Positions 25,806 through 37,494 of a stretch of DNA of 64,000 bases are shown one piece after another (position 1 is the first letter of the stretch; every line of letters begins with the position of its first letter). The DNA lies in the NCBI RefSeq assembly GCF_006345805.1, contig NC_042997.1:151776001-151840000 (forward strand), written 5' to 3'. Position numbers and translations under genes: made by a program. This stretch comes from Octopus sinensis. Its lineage: Eukaryota. Below the pieces are notes generated by a model that did not search any database, had not been told where the DNA came from, and was given only the letters and a program-made list of their open reading frames with translations.

Positions 25806-26218
25806 TTAGTCAGCTACAGAACAATTTAACGAAATAAGCAATTAATCGTTCGTTCAATGCATTAATCAGATACTTTATCAAGATCATTTCGTCACCATTT
25901 GTAACAGGAACAATGACATATCCTCGTTCTTCTGTGTCACCCAAGACAGACCTACGTTGCCGATGTGATATCACCGACAGTGTCACGAATTGCGACGAAA
26001 GAGCTCTCACAAATCCGCGATTAATTGATCAAAAGATTACTCAAGAAAGCGGTTAGTTGATTGGTTAATTGTTTAACTAGTTGATTAATTATACGCAAAG
26101 AACTTAAATACACGGCGTGCGTGTGTTTCTTATGGTGAAAATAGTATTCGTAAGATACAAAAGTATGCATTATATATATATGTGATTATTTGTGCATGTA
26201 TGCATGTATATATGTATG

Positions 26219-26249
<31 letters not shown>

Positions 26250-26800
26250 ATGTGTGTGTGTGTGTGTGCACAGAGATATATATATAGATATGAGTGTGCG
26301 GGGGCGCAAGCGTGTGTTTGTGTGTATGTGTGTCTGCGTGCGTGCGTGCGTTTCTGTGTATGGATCAGTCACACGGTGTGCTACTGATAAACTGATAATA
26401 TATACCCTCTATTGTATATCACGGGATCTGTAGCTTGGCGACCAGAATAGAAAACCACCAAGCCTACTCGATAATAATGTTTTTGTGGGAGACCCTACAG
26501 GACGAGAAACAAAGGCATGTCAAAGGACGGATGAACACCCATAAATTCATCGACCATCCAGAATCTAGGAAAGAGAGACACCTGACTACTGGGAATGAAG
26601 GAGGTTAACTCGTTGGATTTTACTCGGAGGGAAAAGTGGGTTTTCTACTCAAAGCAAATAAGCGTATAGGAACCCCTTGGATCTGAGTTTAAAAAGTAGT
26701 CGTATTCGATTGCGAGTTGACTTCCACCAATCATGAACACACACACATACATACACGCGCACACACAAACCTGTACATGCATATAAATATATATATATAT

Positions 26801-27145
26801 ATAGTGTAATAAATAAAATATATGCATACATACAAACATATATGTACGTACCTACATCTACATGTATATATACATGCATACCTTCGAAACACACTGGAGT
26901 TGAACTAGGGACAGCTGATGAAGGGGATTTTTCCTTGTGTAGTTGTCTTGTATTCTGTTTTTTCGTTGTTAAAAAATGGTCCGTTCCATGCTGTTTTTAC
27001 TTTTTCGTTTTCGTTGAGTTCTACGTCTATTTGTGGTGTCCTGTACACACGTATATATATTTATATATGCATGTATATATACATGTAGATGTAGGTACGT
27101 ACATATATGTTTGTATGTATGCATATATTTTATTTATTACACTAT
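26801..27145. repeat. Perfect 80-bp inverted repeat around a 185-bp insert
   Basis: 26801-26880 is the exact reverse complement of 27066-27145. Confidence 0.9.
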
Positions 27146-27216
27146 TGTATGACTGAGCGCCCTCGCGTCGATTCGATTCGTTTCGTTTCTTCTTCTTCTC
27201 TAAGCTGGTTTATATA

Positions 27217-27299
<83 letters not shown>

Positions 27300-27556
27300 T
27301 ATACATACATATATTGCCCATTACTTAATCACTGGTATGTGTTTTTATCTTATATTTAATTTTTCTATTAGATGAAATTTGTTCTAAATAGTAGAATTTA
27401 ATTTTTCCATTGTTGAATTGATAAAAGGTGGTATTTTTCTAATTAATATATATATATTATATTTTATGAAATTTGACTTAGTATGTCTAAATTGAATGTT
27501 TCCCTGTAAGTTTGGAATAATATTCCCTCAAATTATTATTATTGTTATATATATTC

Positions 27557-27775
27557 TTCTATTCTTTTATTTCTTTCAGTCATTTGACTTTGGCCATGCT
27601 GGAGCACCACCTTCAGTCGAACATGTCTACCACGGGACTTATTCTTTATAAGCCTAGTACTTATTGTAGTAGCCTCTTTTGCCGAACCGCTAAGCTACGG
27701 GGACGTAAACACACCAACATCGCTTATCAACCGATGGTGGGAGGACAGACACAGGAACAGAAACACATGTATATG
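27557..27775 (-). mobile_element. SINE-like family B fragment
   Basis: tttcagtcatttgact..ggccatgctggagcacc..gccgaaccgctaag..ggggacgtaaacacacc, as at 63415-63560. Confidence 0.8.
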
Positions 27776-28088
27776 TGTGTGTGGGGGGGGGGGGCTTGTG
27801 GCTAGAGAAGTCGAGTTAGTTTCCGTAGCAAAATATATTTCCTGATTATTAATAATAAAAATCCTTTGGACATAGATTTTGAAAATCAAATTCCTTTTTA
27901 CTGTAGGACACATCGTTTCGGGGCCTTTCGGCGACACACGTATGCATGCACACATACATTCTTTAGATATGGATGAATGGATATATATATATATAGAGAG
28001 AGAGAGAGACAGACGGACAGACAGACGCTATCTATAAATGGTCTAATATCTATACAGCCTTGGTTTTTATCTCATTACGTAAAACATT

Positions 28089-28129
<41 letters not shown>

Positions 28130-28202
28130 GTGTGTGTGTATGTGTGTGTGTGAGTGTGTGTGCGTGTGTGTGTAATATGTGTATAGATCTACATTCTCTC
28201 AA

Positions 28203-29472
28203 ACGAAGGTACGCTGAAAAGTTCATAGGTTGACTATAAAGACTGGTACTAAACCCGTGAAATCTCGCCTGCATTAATGTCAACCATTCTTATTAGTAAC
28301 TGCATTGTTTTGTTTCAGGTAAACTGAAATCTGATCGTTCAAAGTAGACCACAAAAGTAACGATCATTGACATCTCTTGAACATGGACAAAATTTGGCAT
28401 CAAGTACCAGCAGGAAAAAATAGTTTTGCTCTTAAGGAAATTCATGCTGATATGCTTTTCAGAATAACGGATGACATTCCAGCTTTATCAATATTGCAAA
28501 AGGTTGTACTGAATTTATAACAGGAAGAGAGAGTCTTGAAGAAGAACTAAGGTCTAGACGTCCTGCAACTGCCGCTACTCAGAAAAACATTGCCCTCACC
28601 ACATGGTGATGGACGATGACAGGTGATTCACTATGAAGCAATTACCAAACGCTTTTAGCATCTCACGTGACAGACTTGAGAATATTCCCCACAATGAATT
28701 TGGCATGACTAATATTTCTGTTCGGTGGGTGCCACGTCATCTGATACCTGATCAAAAGCGCACCAGGCTGATCACATCAAGGGAAAATCTGATATTGTTT
28801 GAGGCAGATCTAGTTGTTTTCTTTGAATGTTTCCTTACCAAGGATGAGTGTTGGGTTCATAGCTTTGAGCAACTTACAAAGTGACATTCCATCAGCGGAA
28901 ACTTCTCTCTTCGCCTGATCCAAAGAAAGGCAATATCGTTTCACCTGCAGGGATGATGATGGCATAAAATTTTGGGGATGAGAACGACATTGTGTTTATC
29001 AACTATCTTCAAAAGAGCAACAGTACCATTGGCTGAGGCAGTTACGAAAATCTATCAAGACCAAACAATCACAAAAACTGACGAAAAGCGATTTGTTTAA
29101 TCAGGATATTGCTCCAGTACACAAGTCCTTGGTTTCAATGGCTTCGGTTCATAATTGGGGCATTGAACTGGTTGATCACACTCCCCATTCTCCTGATTTG
29201 GCCCCATCTATCTATCATCTATTCTCCAAAATGAAAAAAAAAGCACCTGACTGGGAACCAGTATTGCAGTAATGGAAGCATCATATCTGCTGTTGATGTC
29301 TTTTTTTTATCAGCAGATTGAAAGTTTCTTCCCCAATGGAATCTAAGCACTGAAACATCTATGGAAGAAGTGTGTGGATCACAAGGAGGTCTATGTTGAA
29401 AAAGAAAACCTAATTTGGTCACATTCCATGAGAGTATCATGGTCAGCCTATGAGGTTTTAGGTGACCCTCCT
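28203..29472 (+). mobile_element. Decayed full-length mariner transposon (~1.27 kb)
   Basis: Diverged TIRs acgaaggtacgctgaaaagttcataggttgac / gtcagcctatgaggttttaggtgaccctcc-TA. Transposase motifs VRWVPRHL (WVPHEL), LTKDECWVH (TGDETW) and SPDLAPS. Multiple stops. Confidence 0.9.
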
Positions 29473-30301
29473 AAATATATACATTAAATCGTGTATATAT
29501 GAGCAAATGATACACACGAATACACATATACACACAAGCGTACATACACGCAGTCACACAAGGTGTATAAGTACACTATCTAATTTCATATATTGAATTT
29601 GATACCTCTTTATGTGTAAATTTTTTTCACTGAATTTACTGGTTTTTCGCAGATTCATTCCTTATTCAATGCTCTCTATCTCACTCTTGACACTTTCTTC
29701 TTTTGACTATATGACATTATGTCTATCACACTCTCCTTTTGCCTCCATTTACCTAACCTACAGAAATTTTCTTTCTGTCTCCCTTTTCTTTTCTCTATCT
29801 CTTTCGCTCTCTGTTTCTCCAACCCTGTGTCACTCAGTGTCACTCTGTGTCAATCTGACTAACTCTCTGTTTCTTTATTCTTTCTTCTCTAAGAATGTAT
29901 TCCCTCCGTTTCTTGCCCTCACTCCATCTCTCTTTTTCTTTTTCCTTATTTCTCACTGCTTCTCTCCTTTTCATTCTCTTACCTTCCTCCCTTTCACTTC
30001 ATCTTCATTTAATCACCCATTCTACCATCGTATTTTTTGCTTATTTAGTCTTGACTGACTGACAGGTTTATGGCAATGACCAAAGGTCAGACCAGATTGA
30101 ACAACCATTAATGCCTCGATGAACAAAATCTCTTCTCTGGAACCAAGCAGTCTCTGATTAAATAGCATCACTAGCAGCTATACATTTAGCGAAAAGTATC
30201 AATACATTTACATACATATATATATACATCCCTTATATAAATATGTGTGTATATATATGTATATATATATATATATATACATGTATATATATATGTATTT
30301 G

Positions 30302-30342
<41 letters not shown>

Positions 30343-31438
30343 ATGTGTGTGTATGCACACGCGCACACATAGCCGTTTATACAAATAGAGAGAGGGTGTA
30401 TGATTTAGCAACAAAAAAAGAGGGAGAGAAATATGGGTGGGGGGCAGACTAAGAAAACTGTGGAAGAAACAAAGATTGTCTGAGAAAGAAGCAGTGCGCA
30501 TGTGTGTTTTTGCAGGAATATTCTTCTGTGTGTCTTTTACTGTCTTTGACTTTCTCTCCCTCTCTGTGAACGCACACTCACACATACATATGTGAGTATA
30601 TGTATATGTGTACGTATATGTGTGTACGTGTATTTTATGGCATATATAAAAACTGATAAGATTGCATGCATATGTATGTGTTTAGGCATGTATTCATGTA
30701 TACATGTATATTTGTATGTGTACTCATTATGCGTGTATGTATGTGTATATGTCTATATGTGTTTTGGTATCTTTGATGTATGTGTGTTTGCATCGCAAAC
30801 TTTAATATACTAAACATAGAAATAAGCTGAACAGGAATGGAAAAGCAAAGTATTATCGAATATCGATCGTTGATCCCCCAGCTCTGGTCTCTTCATTTCC
30901 CTCACTCACATACTCATAGAAACAAAAATCTTCATACACTGAAACACATGTATATATACACAACCTCCAACTCTACTTATATTCACAATTAAGTTGCCAA
31001 CAGTTTATAATGCTGACCTTGTTTACGTACATCCGTTCACCTCAATGGCCGCCAGAGATATTTCATTTACGTTTTTTCAATGCAATTGACCAAATTGGCT
31101 ATTTCTATATTGATGAAATAAACTACAATATCATAGTGCATTTGAATATCTACCAATTTCTATCTGAGCAATCAAAGAGCAGATAAAACCATGATAACCT
31201 TCGAGAGGGTTCTTATATTCGTAATTTTGTTTCTCAGAAATTACAATCGACTATTTTAATTAATTATGGATCATACTAATTTTACAAATAAGAAACCGCA
31301 TTGAGTAAATTTTCTATTCGCTTGTTTTGTGTGAAATACTTCGTTGCGTGTATGTGCATATACGTATGTATATACATACATATATATGTGCATATAATGT
31401 ATGTATGTATGTATGTATGTATGTATTTATATATATAT

Positions 31439-31497
<59 letters not shown>

Positions 31498-31929
31498 CAT
31501 ATATACATATATACATATATGTATTCACACAAAATATACACACACGTTCGCACGGACACACACTCACATATCACTAGGTGATATATATATATACGTACAT
31601 GTATGAGTATATACATGTATATATGCGTATGAAATTTAGGCATAATGCCAGCGATTTCAAAGGGAGGTGCTAGTCGATTGCAGCAACCTCAGTATGCAGG
31701 ATGAATGCCAATTTTGACTTCGGTAAGACTTGAACTCAGACACTAATGAAACGAGACAAATACCGCGAGGCATTTTATCGGACGCTTTAACATGCCTGCC
31801 ATTCTTGCACCTTGTATGAAATTATATATAAAGCAAATGCTACAGTTCTGAGTTCACCATTTGTCATATAAGTGCTATATTTATTGACAATTGTTTATTA
31901 TTTTATCATATTTCTCTTAACAATTCAAA

Positions 31930-32148
31930 TAATTCTTTCTACTCTAGACACAAAGCCTGACATTTTAGGTGAGGGGGTAAGTCAATCACATCGACCCCAG
32001 TACTTGACCGGTACATAATTTATCGACCCAGAAATAATGAAAGGCAAAGTTGACCTCGGTGGAATTTGAACTCAGAACGCAATGACAGGCGAAATATCGC
32101 TAATCATTTCGCCTGGCGTGCAAAACGTTTCTGCCAGCTCGCTGCTTT
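31930..32148 (-). mobile_element. SINE family A
   Basis: Reverse complement of the 7700-7915 unit; another more decayed copy lies at ~31660-31805. Confidence 0.85.
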
Positions 32149-33221
32149 TAACAATACAAATGATATCTTCTCGATGAATTTATTTATCGATTTTTAACAT
32201 GCAAAATTCAGTACAAAATTCAGAACAGTCGTAAAACATCTTACTTGTTCTCTTTTCACTGCCTCCTTTTTCTGCTAACGAAGGAAGAGAGTCAATTATA
32301 CTGACACTTCAGATGGCTACTTTTGTTTCAGATCTTTGTTTATGGGATATTTGACAGTGACATGAAAACAGAAAGCGATTAATACGTATAAATATATAAA
32401 AATGTGAGATAAGTCACCTATTCTTGGTAGAACTATAAATTTCTAATCAATTATCTCTATATTTAGAACATATATACATACACATATACATACATTCATA
32501 TATACGCATATTTATATACATATATATGCACACACACATATATATATTGATGTATCAATATATATATATATAGATATATATATATATATTATATATATAT
32601 AATATATATATACAGCACACACCACGCACTAACGCACACACACACTCGCACGCACTAACGCACACACACACACACACTCGCACGCATTTACTCACACATT
32701 ATGGTCCGAGGAGTCACACTCGATAATGTTAACAAAGGAGCGCATTATAAATAAATTCACTGAGCAATTACCTAGATGACTACACGCAGCTAAACACACA
32801 TTTACATATTACAATCCAGACCATACATAACTTGATATATACATGGCACCCACAACTCTTAATACACATGAACTTGAGAAACCATATTTGAATAACTTGT
32901 ATTTGACATATCTTGTAATCTAGATCCATATATGTATATATATATATATATATATAAGAATATTTTGCGTAATGAGATAAAATAACCAAGGGTGTGTGGA
33001 TATTAGAACATTTATAGATAGAAGGTCTTGCAGCTATTTCCAGGATATATATTAATTATATCCCTTCATTGAAGACGGTTCGAGAGGATGGTTAAGTAAT
33101 AGTTAGTTTAGATAGGATACAAAATAGAAAGTGAGGTGGAGGTAAGAAAATAGATGTGAGATACATAGGGATCGTGAAGTAGTAGATCCATTTTTTAGGC
33201 AGAATGGTATATATGTAAGAT

Positions 33222-33258
<37 letters not shown>

Positions 33259-33328
33259 AAGAAAATGGTAAGTCAACAAAAGAAAGAAAGAGACACTATA
33301 TTATGTAAATAGAGAAATTTATCGCCCG

Positions 33329-33390
33329 GATAACTGAAGAAGATGCCGGCGTGGATTTCCACCGCGGCATCCGAAACTCGGAGTTTTATC
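33329..33390 (+). ncRNA. Type I hammerhead ribozyme with long stem II
   Basis: GATAA CTGAAGA agatgccggcgtgg attt ccaccgcggcatcc GAAA CTCgGAG TT TTATC: stem I 5 bp, intact core, stem II with 7+4 bp, palindrome-like stem III, GUU triplet. Confidence 0.75.
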
Positions 33391-33425
33391 ATGGCTACCG
33401 AATAATTGTCACATATTACATTTAC

Positions 33426-33454
<29 letters not shown>

Positions 33455-33456
<2 letters not shown>

Positions 33457-33970
33457 TAGAGACAAAACCACTATTATGCAAATCAAACAAAGAAAGACTT
33501 AATCCAATACATAAATTAATTTATATTATTTAGTAATTTAACAATTATTAATATTAATAATTGTGGATATTAATAATTAATAATTAATAATTGTTAAATT
33601 ACTAAATAATATAAATTAATTTATGTATTGGATTAAGTCTTTCTTTGTTTGATTTGCATAATAGTGGTTTCGTCTCTAATTTATATAATATAATATTTTA
33701 CTATAAATTGGATTCAATCCTAAATCTGATTTTTCCCTGTAAGTTTGGATTTATTCCCTAATATTCATTATATATGTATATATACATATATACATTTTTT
33801 CCCTCTGTCTTCCCTTCTCTGGATCTTTCCTTCTATGTTTCCGACGGAGAACTACGCTCGAAACGTTAAACCTTCCTTCTTCCCTTCTTTCCTGAGCGTC
33901 CAATAATACTATATTAGTTCCATGTCCTCGCGTTGTTGTGTTTTTTGTGTTTTCTTGTTTCGGTTAACTT
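33455..33970 (+). mobile_element. Penelope-type palindromic element (98-bp arms) plus decayed hammerhead
   Basis: 33455-33552 versus 33583-33680, one mismatch. gttt CCGACGG agaactacgctc GAAA cgtt aaac at 33837-33871. Same family as 24300-24930. Confidence 0.7.
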
Positions 33971-34002
<32 letters not shown>

Positions 34003-34054
34003 TATATATATATATATTATATATATATATAATATATATATAATATATATATAT

Positions 34055-34089
<35 letters not shown>

Positions 34090-34854
34090 TATGTATATAT
34101 ATATGTATATATCTGTATATGTATGCATATATATATATGTGTATATATATATGTATATGTAGGTGTGAGTATATATGTGTGTATGTGTATATGTGTACGT
34201 GTATCTGTACATATATACATGTGCGTGTGTATGTGTATGTGCGTGTGTGTATATAGATATATATATCTACATACTCATCTGTGCGCACTAGCATTTTTTG
34301 TAAGTGTGTGTATATATTAGTGTGAATTTGTGTATACGTGTACGCGGGTATAGGTTTATATGCATATGTGTATGCATGTGTATGTGCATGTATATGCATG
34401 TATATATTTACTTATATGTATACGCGAGTGTACTAACACGTGTGTGTGTGTGTGTCAAACTTTGCACAGACGTCTGTACCTTGCTTTATGTACGAATATA
34501 CGCACATATTTATCTATGCTATGTACGTATGTTCATGTGTATATACGCATGTTTACTTGCATATTTGAGTTCCTATGGGTACATATATGTATGTATTCGT
34601 CCATACGTGTGCGTATGTGCATGTATATTTGGATGTATATGTGCGTATATATATTTGTATCTGTGTAAGTATATGTGTGTCTAAGCACGAACTTATTCTC
34701 GAAATTGATGGACATATAGCGGTACGTAACACCAAATCAGAAAATCTCTTAAAACTTTTTATTGAAGAAACCCGAAAAGACCTAGAACGCGTCGAAACAT
34801 GTGTCGTACCCAATGAAATCTTTTCTACTTCCCACCATTTTATTAATACTGCCA

Positions 34855-34940
<86 letters not shown>

Positions 34941-35319
34941 CACTAGATATTATTGATCATCTGGTAAAAAACAGTAAATCATATGATTTTAGTCAACACT
35001 TATTAGATTAAAATTTTGTATAGGTACGCTAACCACAGTACGGAAAATTATAAACACTGAAATGCCTATTTTAGCAACACTAGTTTTAAACTCCATACGA
35101 AACCATAATTCGACAGATTACTTGTAAAATCTACTATAAAACTTATATATATGCGTGTGTATGTGTATATATATGTGTGTGTGTGTGTGCGTATGTTTAC
35201 CTGCAATATTTACTGTAATAGCTATTTAAATCATAATTAAATAGGAGAAATATATAATTTAATTTTTCAAGGATATCGCTAGGAGCTGAATAACTCATTT
35301 AATAATATCCCATCTTATC

Positions 35320-35535
35320 ATGGCGGCGAGCTGGCAAAACCGTTAGCACCTCCGACGAAATTCTTAACGATATTTCGCTTGTCTTTACATTCTGAGTTCG
35401 AATTCCGTCGAGGACGACACTTTAACTTTAATTTTTTTCGAGGGCCGATACATTATGTACCAATTGCATACTGGCGTCCATCTAATCGACTGGACTCCTC
35501 CTTAAAAATTTCGGGCCATGTGCCTAGAGTAGAAT
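35320..35535 (+). mobile_element. SINE family A (diverged)
   Basis: ggcggcgagctggcaaaaccgttagcac..ctgagttcgaattcc..tgtgcctagagtagaa. Confidence 0.8.
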
Positions 35536-35930
35536 TAAATGGGTTATTGAGCTACTTTCTGCAGTGTGCATTTTTAAATGCATCATCACAACTTAGTTTC
35601 TTCCTGAAACAAATTATTTATTGATATGTAAGAACAAGACCTGAGAATTCTTTCGTGAAAAAGGATGAACTTTTCTTTCTTTTTTTTTTTTATTTTTTAG
35701 ATCATTCAGTAGAGGGGATAAAATTAAAGCTTCTCAACTTCGATTTGAAAGCAATATGCGGTTTCAGCTTTGTAAAATTTTATTCCTCACAACCGACCAA
35801 ATATATTCTTTATAATTGCACTTAAATGTGAAAAGTTAGATCTGCACATGTTTTCTGCATACTTGCAATTGAAGAAAAGAGTTTAGTGAATTAGTCTCCA
35901 TACCTAACATATACGAATGTTGTAATTCAG

Positions 35931-36134
35931 TTCGTGGAAGCCGCGGCGCGAGCCAGGGTGAAGCTACCACGCGTATACAGGTCTCCGTGGCACGAGCAAA
36001 TATTTGGCGGGACACCTGAGAATTCCAATTTTTTCACAATGAACATACCGGCCGACTCGGACACTCGGCGAAGAGCACTCTCGGAGGAATCGTGCGGGGC
36101 GAAACGACCGGGAAGAGGAGACGGTATCCGATGA
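35931..36134 (+). other. CpG-rich unique segment; candidate exon of an unidentified gene
   Basis: Preceded by cctaac...ttgtaattcag (branch point and acceptor-like); 67-codon open frame FVEAAARARVKLPRVYRSPWHEQIFGG..GIR*. No family recognised. Confidence 0.25.
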
Positions 36135-37494
36135 CATCTGCCTCGTGGCTTCTGACCGAGTTTATGGACGTTAGTAGATGCCACAGAGCATTAACCCCAG
36201 GATTATTTTGTTCCTGTCATTCTGCTGGTTTGAGTTTTCGGAATTAACATTCTAAGTAACAGTCCTATTACCTATTGAAAGGAGTTTCTTTCTACTACAC
36301 AATTATAAAGGAAGGGCTTGTAATCTCATGTCTTAAATGTGCAGCACTTTGTATGTTATTTATATAGTTTAATTATGCTAAAATAATTTTTATTTGAGGT
36401 TGAATTAGGGCGAAAGAACATGATGTGCCGGTGTATAACCATTTTGTTCACCTTGTTGACTTCTTTATAAATAACTTGCAGTTTTCCCGCAGGGAAAAAT
36501 TGGGGCAGTGCGTAATTGCAAAATTTTCTTTATCTTGTAAAACTGAATTTAAAACTTTCTAGGTGTATAACTTCTAGCTGAATGGGTTAAGTCAGGCTGT
36601 CTAGCCTTCCATTATCTGCATGAAGTCTTTAGATGATATCTTTTACGATTTAATGGATTACAGGAACTCAATCAAACTTAGTTTGGAAAAATTAATTCAT
36701 CTTTTACTTTTGTATTTGTATCTTAGTATTTATCATCTGAAATTTCACATTGGCTGATATTGAGATATGGAAGATGAAATACTTGTAAAAAACCTTTGAT
36801 AATGCTGATAACGTTTAATTGTATAAAACATTGAGACACGATCAAAGCCATCAATTGTATCGAACGATAAAAGCAAATACACCGGCTTGTTTTTTCCAGT
36901 TGTTTTCGGTCTCGTCGTATTCATATCAGAACTCAATAGTTCAACATTGATATTTTTAAATCAAAACAAGCACCAGCAAACCGACGCAGAAAAATATCCG
37001 TAATTGTCTCCTGTATTTACCGTAAAAAAAAAGTAATGATATTTATTAGCGTCTGATATTATTTTATCATCGTATATTTTATTCTACTTTAGATTTTAAT
37101 ATATTATTTTTATCAACACAAATTTTATTCCATTTTAGATTTTAAAATGTTTCAATCATTAAATGTTGTCAATTACTTAGCTTTTTTACGCAGATGGCTT
37201 TGTAGAATTATTAAATGTTCTGTTTTTCTACGTCATCGATTATCCATAACTCTATATCTACTTTAGTTTAGGCGGCGAATTATCGGAGTTGTTACAGAGT
37301 CGGGCAAAATTCATTGCAGTATATATACAGATTGACTGCATATAGAGTTCAAATCCCGCTAAGATCAACTTTGCTTTCCAAATTTTCGAGGCTGATAAAA
37401 TAAGTAACTGAAGAAATGTGAACTGGAATAATTATTCCTTTCTACTCTAGGCACAAGGCCTGAAATTTGGCGAGAAGGGGCCAATTGATTAGGC

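Noticed and set aside
32704-32732. CCGAGGA gtcacactc GATA hammerhead-like motif
   Set aside because: GAAA is absent and stem II is unconvincing.
35960-36010. Similarity of VYRSPWHEQIF to the NHS/WAVE-homology motif YRAPWHQQxxIF
   Set aside because: The match is short and flanking residues do not continue it; no gene name assigned.
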